The notes under the pieces are model-generated. The model ran no database searches. It was not told where the DNA came from and saw only the letters and a program-made list of their open reading frames with translations. 64,000 nt of DNA from Nageia nagi (taxonomy: Eukaryota; Plantae; Pinophyta): contig JBITNC010000001.1 in assembly GCA_050084985.1 (NCBI GenBank), forward strand, positions 159,774,001-159,838,000, read 5' to 3'. A program made the position numbers and the translations under genes. This document shows, in pieces, positions 53,097-64,000 of this stretch. Numbering within the stretch: the stretch's first letter is position 1; the number at the start of each line of letters is the position of its first letter.

Positions 53097-54265
53097 CTTG
53101 TTGTTTAATGTGCCTATGATTATGAGCTATGTTTCTCTCCGACTACCATTATCTGTTATGTGCGGATAGTTTTTCGAGGTTGATTTATTGGCGGTCTTTT
53201 GTATGGTTGTTTAACGCCCTTTTTCCTATCCTAGGGTTAGTTCGAAGGGGATTCCTTTTGGTTTATCTATGGTGCTTTCTCACGGGGTATGCTTAATTCC
53301 ACCTGCCCCTTTTTTTGTATGAAAGATTTTATGTTAATAGAAAGGTCTTTTTCATTCAAAAAAAAAGTTTCCCTTTATTCTAATACATTGTGGGTGCTGA
53401 AATACATGTACAGATTGATTGGCTTTTAAGTATTACACAAAATACAAAATCTCAGTGATTGCAACAAATGGACATTCACACAAATCTGAAACAGTGCATA
53501 ACATACCAATAAACTGAATGACACCAGACGCTCGTCTCAAATTAAGGAACAACCTGTATTATACAACATGGATATTATGAATTCAAACATAAGATAATGC
53601 CTGGACCTAAATGTTGAAACTAACATATGTATGGTTATCACATCTTTCATGTAGTATTTGGCATAATAAAGAGAATGTCATATCACGCTAAGGTCAGTAG
53701 CAATTAATTCAAAATCAATTTGAAATTTCTTGCCCAAAACAAATTTTATATGAAAACATGGCGCCATGGTCTGAACACATTATACTTGTTAACTGAATTC
53801 TGGAAAATGAGGACAATATTCAACATATAGCTTATATCACTCTACAATTTCTTGTGGCCAGATATAGGCAAACAGGAAAAGAGATCTGAATTTTGAATGT
53901 CTGTCAAATGCATGAGGCCTCTTATTTGTTCCTATCTTACTGATACAAGAGCTTTGCTCACAGCCTTCCATCTATAGGCTGCAGTTCAGTTGGGTTTTTA
54001 TCACAACTAACCAGAAGCCATTGATAATAATTTTCCCTTAAAGAAGATCGTTACCTGATTCACAACAATCAGATGAAGAAAAGGTCCAAATATTTAACAT
54101 CTGATGCACATGACATGAATACTCCTGTAGTGATTACTTGCAGAATGGAGAATGTAACTAAGCAGAGAAACATGCTTTATTCAACTTTTCACTTTGGTTG
54201 TTAAACAATCTGCAGTTTCATGATGAGAGGAGATACACTCAAATGCACATAGTATCTGTTACAGC

Positions 54266-54395
54266 TCACTTTCTTGCACAATAATAAAGTTCCATGTAGT
54301 CTAGCGCTGGTCTATTCCAGGACCAATCTTGATCCATTACTTGCTTGCACAATGAATGAAACCAGTCACGTTTCTCATACCATGCAGAGAGAGCC
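54266..54395 (-). CDS. SS3: Starch synthase III, last coding exon
   Basis: ttcag|G GCT... translates (R)ALSAWYEKRDWFHSLCKQVMDQDWSWNRPALDYMELYYCARK*, the characteristic SSIII C-terminus. Phase matches the preceding exon. AATAAA on the minus strand at 54176-54181. Confidence 0.93.
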
Positions 54396-54960
54396 CTGAA
54401 ATTTATGATAAAGGGTTAATATCAAAATCCTATAGAACTCTGCCCCAGCTAACAATTTGCATAAAGTGGAACCAAATGAAGGAAAACGATCTACAATATT
54501 TCATATCATAACTCGGATCTAAGACAAAAGTGCTTGAGCAATAAAAATAATATCGTGGAAAACCATCCACCTCATACATGCCAAATTAATGAATAACAAA
54601 TAGCATCATATGCTTGCACAATGAATGAAACCATCTACGTTTTTCATAAGATGCAGAGAGAGCCCTAAAAAATTATGATAAATGGTTAATATCAATCTCC
54701 TATAGAACTCTTCCTCAATTATCCTGAAATTTATGATAAATGGTTAATATCAATCTCCTATCGAACTCTGCCTCAATTAACAATTGCATAAAGTGGAAAC
54801 AAACCAAGAAAAACAATCTACATTTATTTCATATCATAACCCAGATTATTTCATATAATAACCCAGATCTAAGACAGAAGTGCTTAAGTGATAACAACAA
54901 TATCTTGGAAAACCATCCTTCGCATACACGCCAAATTAATTAATAACAGATATCATCATA
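54343..54960. repeat. About 270-bp tandem duplication spanning the SS3 last intron/exon junction
   Basis: GCTTGCACAATGAATGAAACCA...ATGCAGAGAGAGCCCT...TTATGATAAA.GGTTAATATC at 54343 and 54612. A third short acceptor copy lies at about 54723-54770. Confidence 0.9.
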
Positions 54961-56245
54961 GAACCCTGCCACCATATAATTATTTACCTTCATCACACTT
55001 CTACTGATTTTCATACGTATTTCATTTCTTTTAGACCAAGCATCCATCTTCCTATTGGTCAAATAGATTATCCTTCTAAGCATCTATGTTTCAAAATCGG
55101 GGGCATCCTCTTCAAACACTACAAAATTCTCTCCACCAATGGGTACTTCACTTTTATTTTTTGTTTTTTTATTATTTGGCTCCCTTTTTCAGTAGATCTT
55201 GTATTAATAACATTCAAGTCTATAGTGCAGTTTTTTGAGGCACATTATTGCAGAGTTATTTTGCCCGATGCTTCCTCATGTTTGTAGAAATTTATCAATT
55301 TCTTTTCATAGATTTCATTTCCACTAGGACTAATCTATGTTAAATTCAGCACAGCAATTTAAAGTACAGTGAGTACAGTTGCATGGTCACATCAACTTCT
55401 TGATACCAGAAAGTAAACACCATAGCCTAAAACAAGAATTAAAAAAAAAAGTCTAAAATTAGGTTTCAAAAAATGTTGTTTCCCTACTTAATTGAACTCA
55501 ATTTAGTACAAGAGTTTTTCAAATATCTTTCTTTGCATTTCACTCTTGAATCAAATGTTAAGTAAAAGTTATGCTTCCTGTAAAAAGATTGTTTAGTTTT
55601 TATTCTTTTATTTCTAATTCTAGCATACAAAGGAGAATCCATGCCTTCTAAAGTCTTTACTAAATAATAGCCATAAACAATAAATGTCCCAAGTCCACAA
55701 TAACAGAAACCACAAGCCTTAAATCCAGTTCTTGGAGAAAGCTTCTACTTGTTACATAGGTTAACTTGAATACCATTTGCAGTAAATTTAATCCAAGAAG
55801 GCACCAGGAGGAAGTATAAGATACAACACATCTTTAATAGTGATGTCTATTCAACAGAATATTCAAGATTGCGGGATTATCTCATGGTTAAGAAACTTAG
55901 ATATGCCTTTTCTATTCAATGAAAGTTGGGACAAGCAAACTTTGATATGTCAAGCTCATGTTCAATATGAGTTTAAATTCACTATCATCACATTTATAGA
56001 AAACATTTTCTCCTAAGAGGTGAAGAAAAAGTTCTGTTTACATAACAAAATGTATGGACAGTTATGTTGACTGTATTGTGACAAAAACAGATATTTATAT
56101 GCTGCTCTATCCTGAATCAAAATGGGCAAAATCAATCAAACTAGGGGTAGAAAGGTGCGATAGTTAATCTCTTGAGTTGATTACAACAACATCAGGACCC
56201 ATATTTAGACTCTGCTACTCGTAATTGCTCCGACTCATCAAAGAA

Positions 56246-59200
56246 TGTAAAGGTCAATGACAAGGCAGTAATTTGGGCCCCACATTCTGAGGCAATTTAC
56301 ATGTGACAAGCGCTGACAGCACATTCACAAATGGAGCTAGTCTGTCTTTATGGCTGCTAAGTACCCAGATTGCTGTCTTGTGTATATGGAGACTATACAA
56401 AGTTCTTATAAGATCATATCTTACATCTCTCTTTAGGTCAATTATGGCAAATATTCTGTAACATGAATAGGTTTTCATAAGTCTAACAAGGTTGTTGAGG
56501 TTTCTCTGCCTGCTTCTTAGAATTTAAGATTGTTCAGGTCTCTTGCCTGATTCTTAAAACTTAAGGTTGCTAAGAAGGTTCCTGAAGTTTTTGACTATAT
56601 CAACGCACAACAGACTACTATTATGACATCCTCCAGAAATATTGAAAATCATGAGAAAGAAGATTGAGAAAACAGAATTGAATCAACAACTGAGGAAAAT
56701 AGATGAATGAGACTCTGAAAGAAAGTACATATAAAACAAAATTTTAACAGGGTAAAAGAACCATAGGAATGTAAACATTATGGTAATGTAAACAAGACTT
56801 AAGGATCTAAACCCAAGAGGATAAATTCTAGCCATAGTATTTAAGGAGAAACTAAGTATGAACTAAAACACTATGGCAGTGCAAACAAGACTCAAGGAGC
56901 TAAATCCAAGGGGATAAACCCTAGCCATATTATCCAGGGACAAATGCATACAGCCATGCAATGGAAGGACCCCTCAAGAGAAAACAATTGATGAAGATTG
57001 AAGAATACAAACATCTACATCAGCATTTGGTAGAGACAATATGATCATCCCTTCTTAAAGTGAATTGGATCCTATTTTAAAAATATTATTTCCTTTCAAA
57101 TCAGACAAATTCTTTATCAACTATCTTAAAAAATCTTGATGCGCATGGCTTTTCTCCAACTACAAATCTTTACCTTCATCATCTTCAAAACTCTTGATGC
57201 ATGTGACTTTGCTCGCCCTCCAAAGAGGTTTAAGGTAACTTGGATCAATGGGTTTCAAAACTCCCAATAACTCGATGTCTCATTTCTGGAAGGAACATAA
57301 AGTGAGAAAATGACCATGCCCTTCTTTGTCTGGGCCACTTGAATTTATGTTGATTTCTTTTGGATGCAAGTGTCATGTGCCTTTTCTCCATTTATGCCTT
57401 TTGACACATGTAATGGCCAATGGGGTCCACTTGGGGCTTGACGTCCATCCTTAGGAGGCATCTAAGCACAAAACAATGTAATCTAGGAGTGAGTTTTGTA
57501 GTTAGGGATGCTTTACTATTAATTACATTTGTATTTAGGCATTATTGTAACCAAATGATAGGCATTTAAGGTAAATTGTGAGCCCCAAAGTGGGACGTCA
57601 AGCTCATTTTATGTCATGATTATGGTCCAAGTCTTGATTGTACACATCTTGAGGTGAATTCCTAGCGCAAGGCTTGGGACGACCCTTAGATGCTAGTTTA
57701 CTTGATCCCAAGACCCCCATGCATGGATTCTTGTAGTGCTCCATTGGCTTCATAGTGAGACGTCCAGCTAGTTAGGTGCTTGGCGCATCGTTTGGAAGAT
57801 AACTATTGATCATACTTGTCATCTGCACTCAGGGATTGGCGTGGAGTCATCTCTTGGCCTCTTGTGGACGAAAACTTGCTGGAGAAGGGTTTAGTGGGAC
57901 GTAGCCCTCACTAGATCTGACTAGGACCGAAAACCCTTGGTTAGTGTTTCAGTTGTTTAGTTCCAAATCCAGGTGTTTGACCCCATTTCCAGATGTCAAC
58001 CTTCCAAGAGCATATTTGTCATTGCTGAGTGTTAGATCTAGTCCATAGAGCCAGATGTCAAGCTTATTTGGCTTCTTCCATTGTATTTGTTCTATTTTGA
58101 TGATATATTGAGATGTGGGCCCTTGGATCCAATTTTTGTGTCATAATTGAGCATCCTTGTGTGACGTTTGCATTTTTGAGTTGTATTTGTGTAATTGGCA
58201 TCATTTCTTGTCTATAATCCTGAAGTTGAGGAGTTGTCTATAATCCATAGTGTCCCAACAACCTAGCAAAAGGAGTGGAATTTTGATATGAATAATGTCA
58301 TCAATTTAATGCATAGATACCATCAGAGAAAAATAGAAGATGATGAAGATGAAAGGGTTAATGAAGCGGAAATGGAAGAAGAAAAAGAAAGTGATATAGA
58401 AGGTTTTGTCACTGTCAAGGAAGATGGGTTATCCATTGATAGAGTCTACACAAAAAATAGGCATCCTCAAGGTCCTCAGGATATAATGATGCAGAGAAAA
58501 GATGTGAAAATGAAGATAGAACCACATGGGCAAAAACACCTCATTTGCTTAGTTGGGGAAATTGTAGAAATATGATTTAAAAAGAGAACAAGAGATCAAT
58601 GACCTAAAGAGACAATTGACCAAGAAAAACAAGCTGGTGAAAGAGATCCAAGCAGCCGGAATGAACGCCAAAGACATTAAATTGATAGCTTCATGGAATA
58701 TGGGAATCAACTTGAAAACGGAATTGCTGACCAATGAGGTAATGAGGGCTGTTCAGAGGATTTGTACACAATATTCCTATATTCTGAGGGGAGAGATAGA
58801 GGTGGAAACTCTCAAACAGAAAATTGTAGAAAGTCTGAAGAAAGTCTAAATGTACTTTCCGGTAATAATAAAATTAGAAAGGGATGCAAAGGGTGAAGAA
58901 GTAAAAACAAGTTATTGTATCCAGTTTTATATCCAGCATAATTGGTTGCAGCATGCATCTGAAAAATGTGAATATCTTATTGGCATGAGAGCTGAATTGA
59001 AAAGGGAAATCCAACAATAGATGACTGACTACCGAATGAAGGTAGAGTTCGTCAGGAGGGAAGATGGCCAAGTCAGGAATTCAGAGGAGGTGGCCCTTGA
59101 ATCAAAAAAATTGATTGAAAAAATTCCTGAAAATTAAGGATGTTAACCTCATCAAAACAGGAACAATTATTGAGCATGACAGGTAATTGAACATTTGGCG

Positions 59201-59664
59201 ATACCAAATGGAGCAGACTTCTAAGGTGATTGACGAATATTGCCAGAAGGTGGATATGATGTTGAAAGTACTGCAAGGAGAGCTCCCCAGGAAGGTCGTG
59301 TTCATCAACCATGGCTATAGGAACTTCAACATTTCGGATGCCGAATGGAGTCAATTGCTGAAAGAATGACATGTCTTTTGAATATTTTATTAATACATGC
59401 ATGAATAGGGATAGTAATTAAAACTATTTTATTTTAATTTGAACCGTGAAGGATGAGTTTTTGCTCCCATGGATTCAAAGTGCGAAGACTTTGTTATTTA
59501 ATGCTTTTGTCAGAACTTTATGGCTTTTTTCAAGCCTTTTTAGAGCTCTTTTCAGTTATTCCATAAATTGCCATATCATGCTTAATATCATACTCACTTA
59601 GATTTATTGAGAAAAGTTTTCTTTGTCTGTTTTATGGAAACATAAATTCCCAAAAAATTTCACA
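56246..59664 (+). mobile_element. Putative intronic insertion carrying a broken acidic/coiled-coil ORF (unknown family)
   Basis: TGTAAAG start and TTTCACA end. About 92-bp internal duplication (56773-56930). Collinear ORF pieces 58288-58575, 58616-58849 and 59187-59369. No exact TSD seen, so boundaries are tentative. Confidence 0.4.
57018..58260 (+). mobile_element. Probable solo LTR nested in the previous element
   Basis: Ends GTCCCAACA. Flanks ATCTA (57013-57017) and ACCTA (58261-58265) are a possible TSD. Shares TGTGAGCCCCAA(A)GTGGGA.GTC (57577) with the element at 62720 onward (62854). No TG at the left end. Confidence 0.45.
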
Positions 59665-60708
59665 AGACAACCATCTACTTTTCAATGTTTGTTATGTCTT
59701 CAGTGGAGGCTCCACAAGGTTAAGAAGTCATCCACATTTACCAACACTTGCTTAACTCCTTTCATGTCACTAATAATAAATTACAATCTGTTGCAGGCAG
59801 CCAATGCTAGTTCCCTCACATCAACTTTAATATTGCTAACCCCATGACTTCCTCTTAGTGAACATTCATATAAAATACCATGTTCACTTGAAAATTCTTA
59901 TATTGTACTTCTCAAAGCAATAAGTTCTGCATCATTGTAAAGTCCATTTAAGTCAATATGACCTCCATTATATTTATCCTTTTAATCCTTGTTTCTTTTC
60001 TTGATTGTCTCCTAGAAACTTGCCAGGCCATTATTAATGCCAATACCTATTATATATCAATTTCGAAATTTTGTTTCATCTATGACTATTTGGATTTAAA
60101 CAAGAATTGTTGGAGAAAAATAATTCTTCCATTTATAGATGAGAATGCATCCTTCCAAAGAGGGAAATGGGATGAAGGATTTGCCTAATATAGGGAACAG
60201 ATGCACTTTCCCATTAATACCAAGAATGACTCTACTGCCTTGTATGTATTCAGTGTTACTTGTCCACAAAGATAAGTCTAAGTTGGTTTCCATGAAAACA
60301 AGACTTAGAATCTGAAAGATTTTACCTCAACAGTCATTGTGACTCATTTTTTTGGCATGTAATGTTAGTTGATAAGTTCCAATACAATGCTAATTTGGAA
60401 AAACATTCATCTCAATCGGTACAAGAGTACCTGCATTGAAAAGTCACACTACAAAACTACCAAGAATCAATATTTTTTCAGTTAATGCCATGCCCATTGA
60501 AATTTCAGTACATTAAAGTATCTCTGCATTTGAAAACCAATTGTATCAAGTAACAACTGACCCTATATTTGACTTGTTATGAATTGTTGATTTTAAAATA
60601 GTCTCTTCTCTATATATAAGCCCTGGTCCCTTCAATTTTATTTCTTCAATAGCACAATGGATGCATTGTGATACAAAAAGCATGTAAAAAGAAATCTTGA
60701 CCTCTTAC

Positions 60709-60832
60709 CTATTAAGTGCATAATCAAGACCAGCAGCATCTGGCATTTCAAAACTGAATCCATTTGGCTCAATCCCTTGTTGTTCAGCTCTGTGTCTGTC
60801 ATAGTCTACATCAAATACTGTATCATTAAGCC
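60709..60832 (-). CDS. SS3: Starch synthase III, penultimate coding exon (124 nt)
   Basis: tgcag|GG CTT AAT GAT...AAT AG|gtaag reads GLNDTVFDVDYDRHRAEQQGIEPNGFSFEMPDAAGLDYALNR, matching SSIII GLxDTVFDVD...EPNGFSF...DYALNR. Splices in frame to 54395. Confidence 0.93.
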
Positions 60833-61774
60833 CTGCAGACACACAATAGCATTCTGTTAGGAATCCAAAACTTAGAAATTCTCTTTCAAGCTTACAGCTG
60901 TTCAAAGAATAGTCATCAAAGACATTACTATTAATCTATGTTCACATATTTATTAATCTATTAGAGAAATTATTTATTTATCAAATTCCATTGTAGTAGG
61001 AACAATCTTGCAGAGGAAATTGATTTACGAAATTAATCTCAAAACTCTAAATATAGCATTAATATCCATAACATAATTTATGTGAGAAATGTTGTATGAA
61101 AACAGAAAGGAAAACATATTAGCAAGGTAATAATAAATAATTGAAACAATTGTAAAATACATTAAACCCATCCACAAATTTGGAAAGGATAGGAGAATTT
61201 AACTTCTGGAATCATGAACAACATAAACAGGTGACAATTTTACTGTAAAAAGTGAATTCTTTCAATATGGAAAAGAAAACGATGTATAACTTTCAGGGAA
61301 TAATTGAATTTAAAAAAAGATAAAAAAAAAAACAGAATTTCGTTTAAGCAATTTGAACATGTCAACAGAAAATGAAGGGCAGTATATAGTTCACAAAAGT
61401 AAACTGCTAAAATTATTACATGTATCAAGAATAAATATATTATATCAGGACAAATGATGAGAAGATGCAACAAAATTCTCCTTCCAAAATTGTATCCTTT
61501 CCAAGTTAATCTGATCACAGAAGTAAATATTCACACAAGAAGAGTAGCATCAAAGCCATAAATTCCTCTTTGTATTCCATTGGGCACAAAGCACACTTAA
61601 AAATCACCTGTGGGACTATGTAAGAGATGTGAGCCAATTCTACCTGATCAGGATCTTCACCCAGAGGTTGAAATAAAAACAGGAAATATACATCAACAGT
61701 AGCCAAATAATGGTCCTATCTTGATTATCAGGGACCTGAACAAGACCAGTTCTAACAAGTATAGTGGCAGAAGA

Positions 61775-62719
61775 TGTAGAATCCCAATCACAAATTCAAG
61801 TGCAATTAAGCCAATTCAATCAAACAAGCACCCACGTTTGATCTAGGGCATCCAATTACAGCTCAAACAATGCAATAGTGCTAACGTCTGGTCTAGAAGA
61901 GCAATTACAAGCATAAACCACTTTACAATGCCAACATTTGGCTTACACAATCATGGAAGTGCAAAAGTAACCCAACGATGCAAATATGGAAGTAAACACA
62001 ATACAAAATAGAGATCCAATTGCCCAACGGGTGTATTAATGATATGAAGTGACAACAATACAATACCAGGCCCAAAAGGGCTCAACGTTGGCCTCCAAGG
62101 AGCCAACTAGGGTACAACACCTACATAGATGTGATCAATGCTGGAATGGTGGAACATTGGATGGGACAACCTCACTCCCTCAAACCTAGATGCTCTGCTG
62201 TAGAACTCCCATGCCTAGAAACCACTGAAGGTAGGAATGCAACCGGATGGATTAAGATGCTGGACCTTAGCTGTAGATCAACAGGATCCCTCAGCCTATT
62301 AACCCTCCTAGATGCGCCTAGGGATGTGCTTGACATTGTGCCAAGACTTGTGTCCATTGGACAATATGAGCAATAATAATAATTACATATATCCAACAAT
62401 GATGCTCCAAGGCCTAATATAGCTCACCCTGGATCTGGATCTCACCTCAAAGTCATCACCCAACCTTTTTGGTCCAACGTTGGCTTCCTAGAAGCCCCAC
62501 AAACCCCAACGATGGTGCCTTGGGGTCACTCCAAGCCCAACGTGGGTATCTAGGCCTCCCTTATGCTACACGTGGGTCTTAGAGGGCATGCATGGGTTAA
62601 AGAGGCATGCGTTTGTCATGAGCCAACATGGGGATCTACGAGTCTCCCCAAGGTTGGCGCATGTGTACAAGTGCTCCCAATCTTAATGATGGGGCCATTC
62701 GATGATTATCCATGCTCTA
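61775..62719 (-). mobile_element. LTR-like repeat in the upstream SS3 intron, interrupted at 62720
   Basis: Begins TGTAGAATCC with an abrupt GC rise. Inverted similarity to 63160-63815. Confidence 0.55.
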
Positions 62720-64000
62720 TGTGACGTCCCCCTTGCATTATTGTAATTGATTTTGAAATCCAACAGATTCCCCTTTTGTAATATATTTTATTATTACATT
62801 CTACTTTCAGTTGTAGCTTGGTATAGAAGACTTAATGGGTCAATCGACCCCATTGTGAGCCCCAAGTGGGATGTCTCCCTCTAGATTAGGTGTTTAATTG
62901 TACTTGGCGATCCCAATACATGATTGTGGGAATCCCAAGGTCTATTTAGCACTTAGGTGGATGGATTAGTACTTGTACACATGCTTCAGCCTTAGGGAGA
63001 CTTCTAGACCCCTGCGTTGGCCAGTAACACCCAGGTTTCCCCCTAGATGTTGACACATGCCTCCTATACCCACGCATGCATTCTAGGATCCACATGGAGC
63101 ATGAGGTATGCCCAGATACCCATGTTGAGCCCAGATTGACTCTTAGGTGCCAACATTGGGGCATGAGGATATTGGGTGATGATATTGAGGTGAGATCCAG
63201 ATCCAGGAAAGCTATATTAGCCCTCGAAGCACTCATTGTTGGACATGTTTGATTATTACTACATTCATATCGTTCAGAGCACAAGAAGACTTAGCAACGC
63301 TAAGCAATCCCTTAAGTGTAGCATATAGGAGGACTATCAGTTAGTCTACGGCACTAGAGTAGCACCCTTGCCCATACGGTGGTATTCCAAGGTTGAGCTT
63401 CTACCATTCAATTGGTCACCAAGATTAGAGGAGGGCTCCTTCGATGGAGAGGATTCAAGTTTTGAGGAAGTGAGGCTATCCCATTCGTTCATTCAATTTG
63501 AGAATACATGTTATGTTCGAGTTGGCTCCTTTGAGGCCAATGCCAGCCATCTAGGGCCTGGGATTGTGTTATTGAACATTGTTTATTCTATATACAACCG
63601 GCGGGCATTGGATTTCATATTTGCGCTATAATTGTATATGTATGCAACGTTGTGGTGTGCTTACTCTTCCATGCATGTATGAGCTAGAAGTTGGCATTAT
63701 TGCATTGTAATTACTAGTGTGTGTTTGTATGAGCCAAATGTTAGCATTGTTGTGCTGTAATCACTTGTGTTTGATGCCCTAGACCAGACATTAGGGTTTA
63801 TTTGTGTGTTTTGAGCATTTTGCACTTGATATTGTATTTGGGTCTTTACACTCTAGTAGTGTCTAAGTGCTAAATAAGCCTTTGGGATTCCCAAAATCAC
63901 TTTTCGAGATCTCCAAGTACATTAAATCACACTAATCTATACTCGGGAGGGAGATGTCCCACTTAGGGCTCATATTGGGGTCCAATGGCCCATTATGTCT
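62720..64000 (+). mobile_element. Related LTR-like repeat in opposite orientation, running off the window
   Basis: Begins TGTGACGTCCCC. Reverse complement of about 63170-63240 matches about 62390-62465 (core CTGGATCTGGATCTCACCTCAA..TCATCACCCAA). Confidence 0.55.

Larger units (their letters stand above)
42061..53366 (+). mobile_element. Full-length but inactivated L1-clade LINE (about 6.0 kb without the nested copia)
   Basis: TSD AAGTTTCC(C)TTTATT at 42047-42060 and 53365-53379. A9 tail at 53358-53366. ORF1, endonuclease, RT and zf-RVT occur in order. Confidence 0.92.

Noticed and set aside
55396-55410. PBS-like TCTTGATACCA
   Set aside because: Isolated, with no adjacent LTR end or internal domain recognised.
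61515-61706. Minus-strand ORF inside the SS3 locus as a possible upstream SS3 exon
   Set aside because: No similarity to the expected preceding SSIII sequence (…PSIFEPCGLTQ…MRYG…VRKTG). That exon was not found and probably lies beyond 64000.

Overview
AT-rich, repeat-dominated nuclear DNA from a large-genome land plant, probably a gymnosperm (inferred from the long TE-filled introns, Tat/Ogre and PMD relics and heavy C>T/G>A decay). The only clear host gene is the 3' end of starch synthase III on the minus strand. Its penultimate exon is 60709-60832 and its last exon is 54266-54395, separated by a 6.3-kb intron; upstream exons were not found in the window. About 0.9 kb past its stop codon lies a three-layer nested insertion with all three target-site duplications readable. 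A Mutator-like MITE (9-bp TSD) was interrupted at its right terminus by a full-length L1-type LINE (42061-53366, about 15-bp TSD). The LINE's RT was then interrupted by a young, near-intact Ty1/copia element (45202-50478, 635-bp LTRs about 99% identical, TSD GATTG). The left 41 kb holds older relics: copia, Tat/Ogre gypsy, LINE, PMD, PPR fragments and an intron-containing Helitron2/Helentron-type Rep-helicase. Top finding: the LINE ORF2 ends in a GW/WG-rich, Argonaute-hook-like tail instead of a recognisable RNase H. A second, diverged LINE 3' fragment at about 27070-27570 conserves that tail at protein level. All alignments and counts were done by eye, and relic boundaries are approximate.
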